A DNA stretch of 63,072 nucleotides, counting the filler, from Octopus bimaculoides (Eukaryota), in the NCBI RefSeq assembly GCF_001194135.2. It is 10 parts of 9 records of this genome, joined end to end, with 100 filler letters (N's around TTAATTAATTAA, not from the genome) between each part and the next. Parts side by side here need not be neighbours in the genome. Positions count along the whole stretch, not along the records: positions 61,486 to 63,072 come from NC_068997.1; 9 more parts are not named here. One strand, given 5' to 3'. Shown here in pieces: positions 63,035-63,072 of this stretch. Positions within the stretch are counted from its first letter, which is position 1. Every line of letters begins with the position of its first letter. The position numbers and the translations under genes are program-made. Under the pieces are notes generated by a model. That model was given only the letters and a program-made list of their open reading frames with translations. It did no database searches and was not told the origin of the DNA.

Positions 63035-63072
<38 letters not shown>

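Overview
AT-rich, microsatellite-dense eukaryotic genomic DNA with roughly 7.5 kb of N gaps. The SINE/LINE repertoire strongly suggests a coleoid cephalopod, most likely Octopus (inference, no search run). Most of the window is intronic or intergenic sequence filled with decayed transposons: tRNA-derived SINEs, RTE and R4/Dong LINEs, Penelope-like elements, Gypsy fragments, Tc1, mariner, hAT, Chapaev3-type elements and MITEs. Host-gene signal is sparse. Two plus-strand exons (26236-26274, 28771-28932) splice in frame to the N-terminal ectodomain of an M13 (neprilysin/ECE-like) peptidase. One minus-strand exon (40351-40101) encodes what looks like a six-cysteine, C-terminally amidated neuropeptide precursor, probably nested antisense in an intron of that peptidase gene. 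A Penelope-like element (35291-37185) has an inverted 5' terminal repeat and three copies of a variant minimal hammerhead ribozyme. Long ORF-track entries that contain X or run through microsatellites are artefacts. No prokaryotic systems, CRISPR arrays, rRNA or true tRNA genes are supported. TE boundaries without TSDs are approximate.
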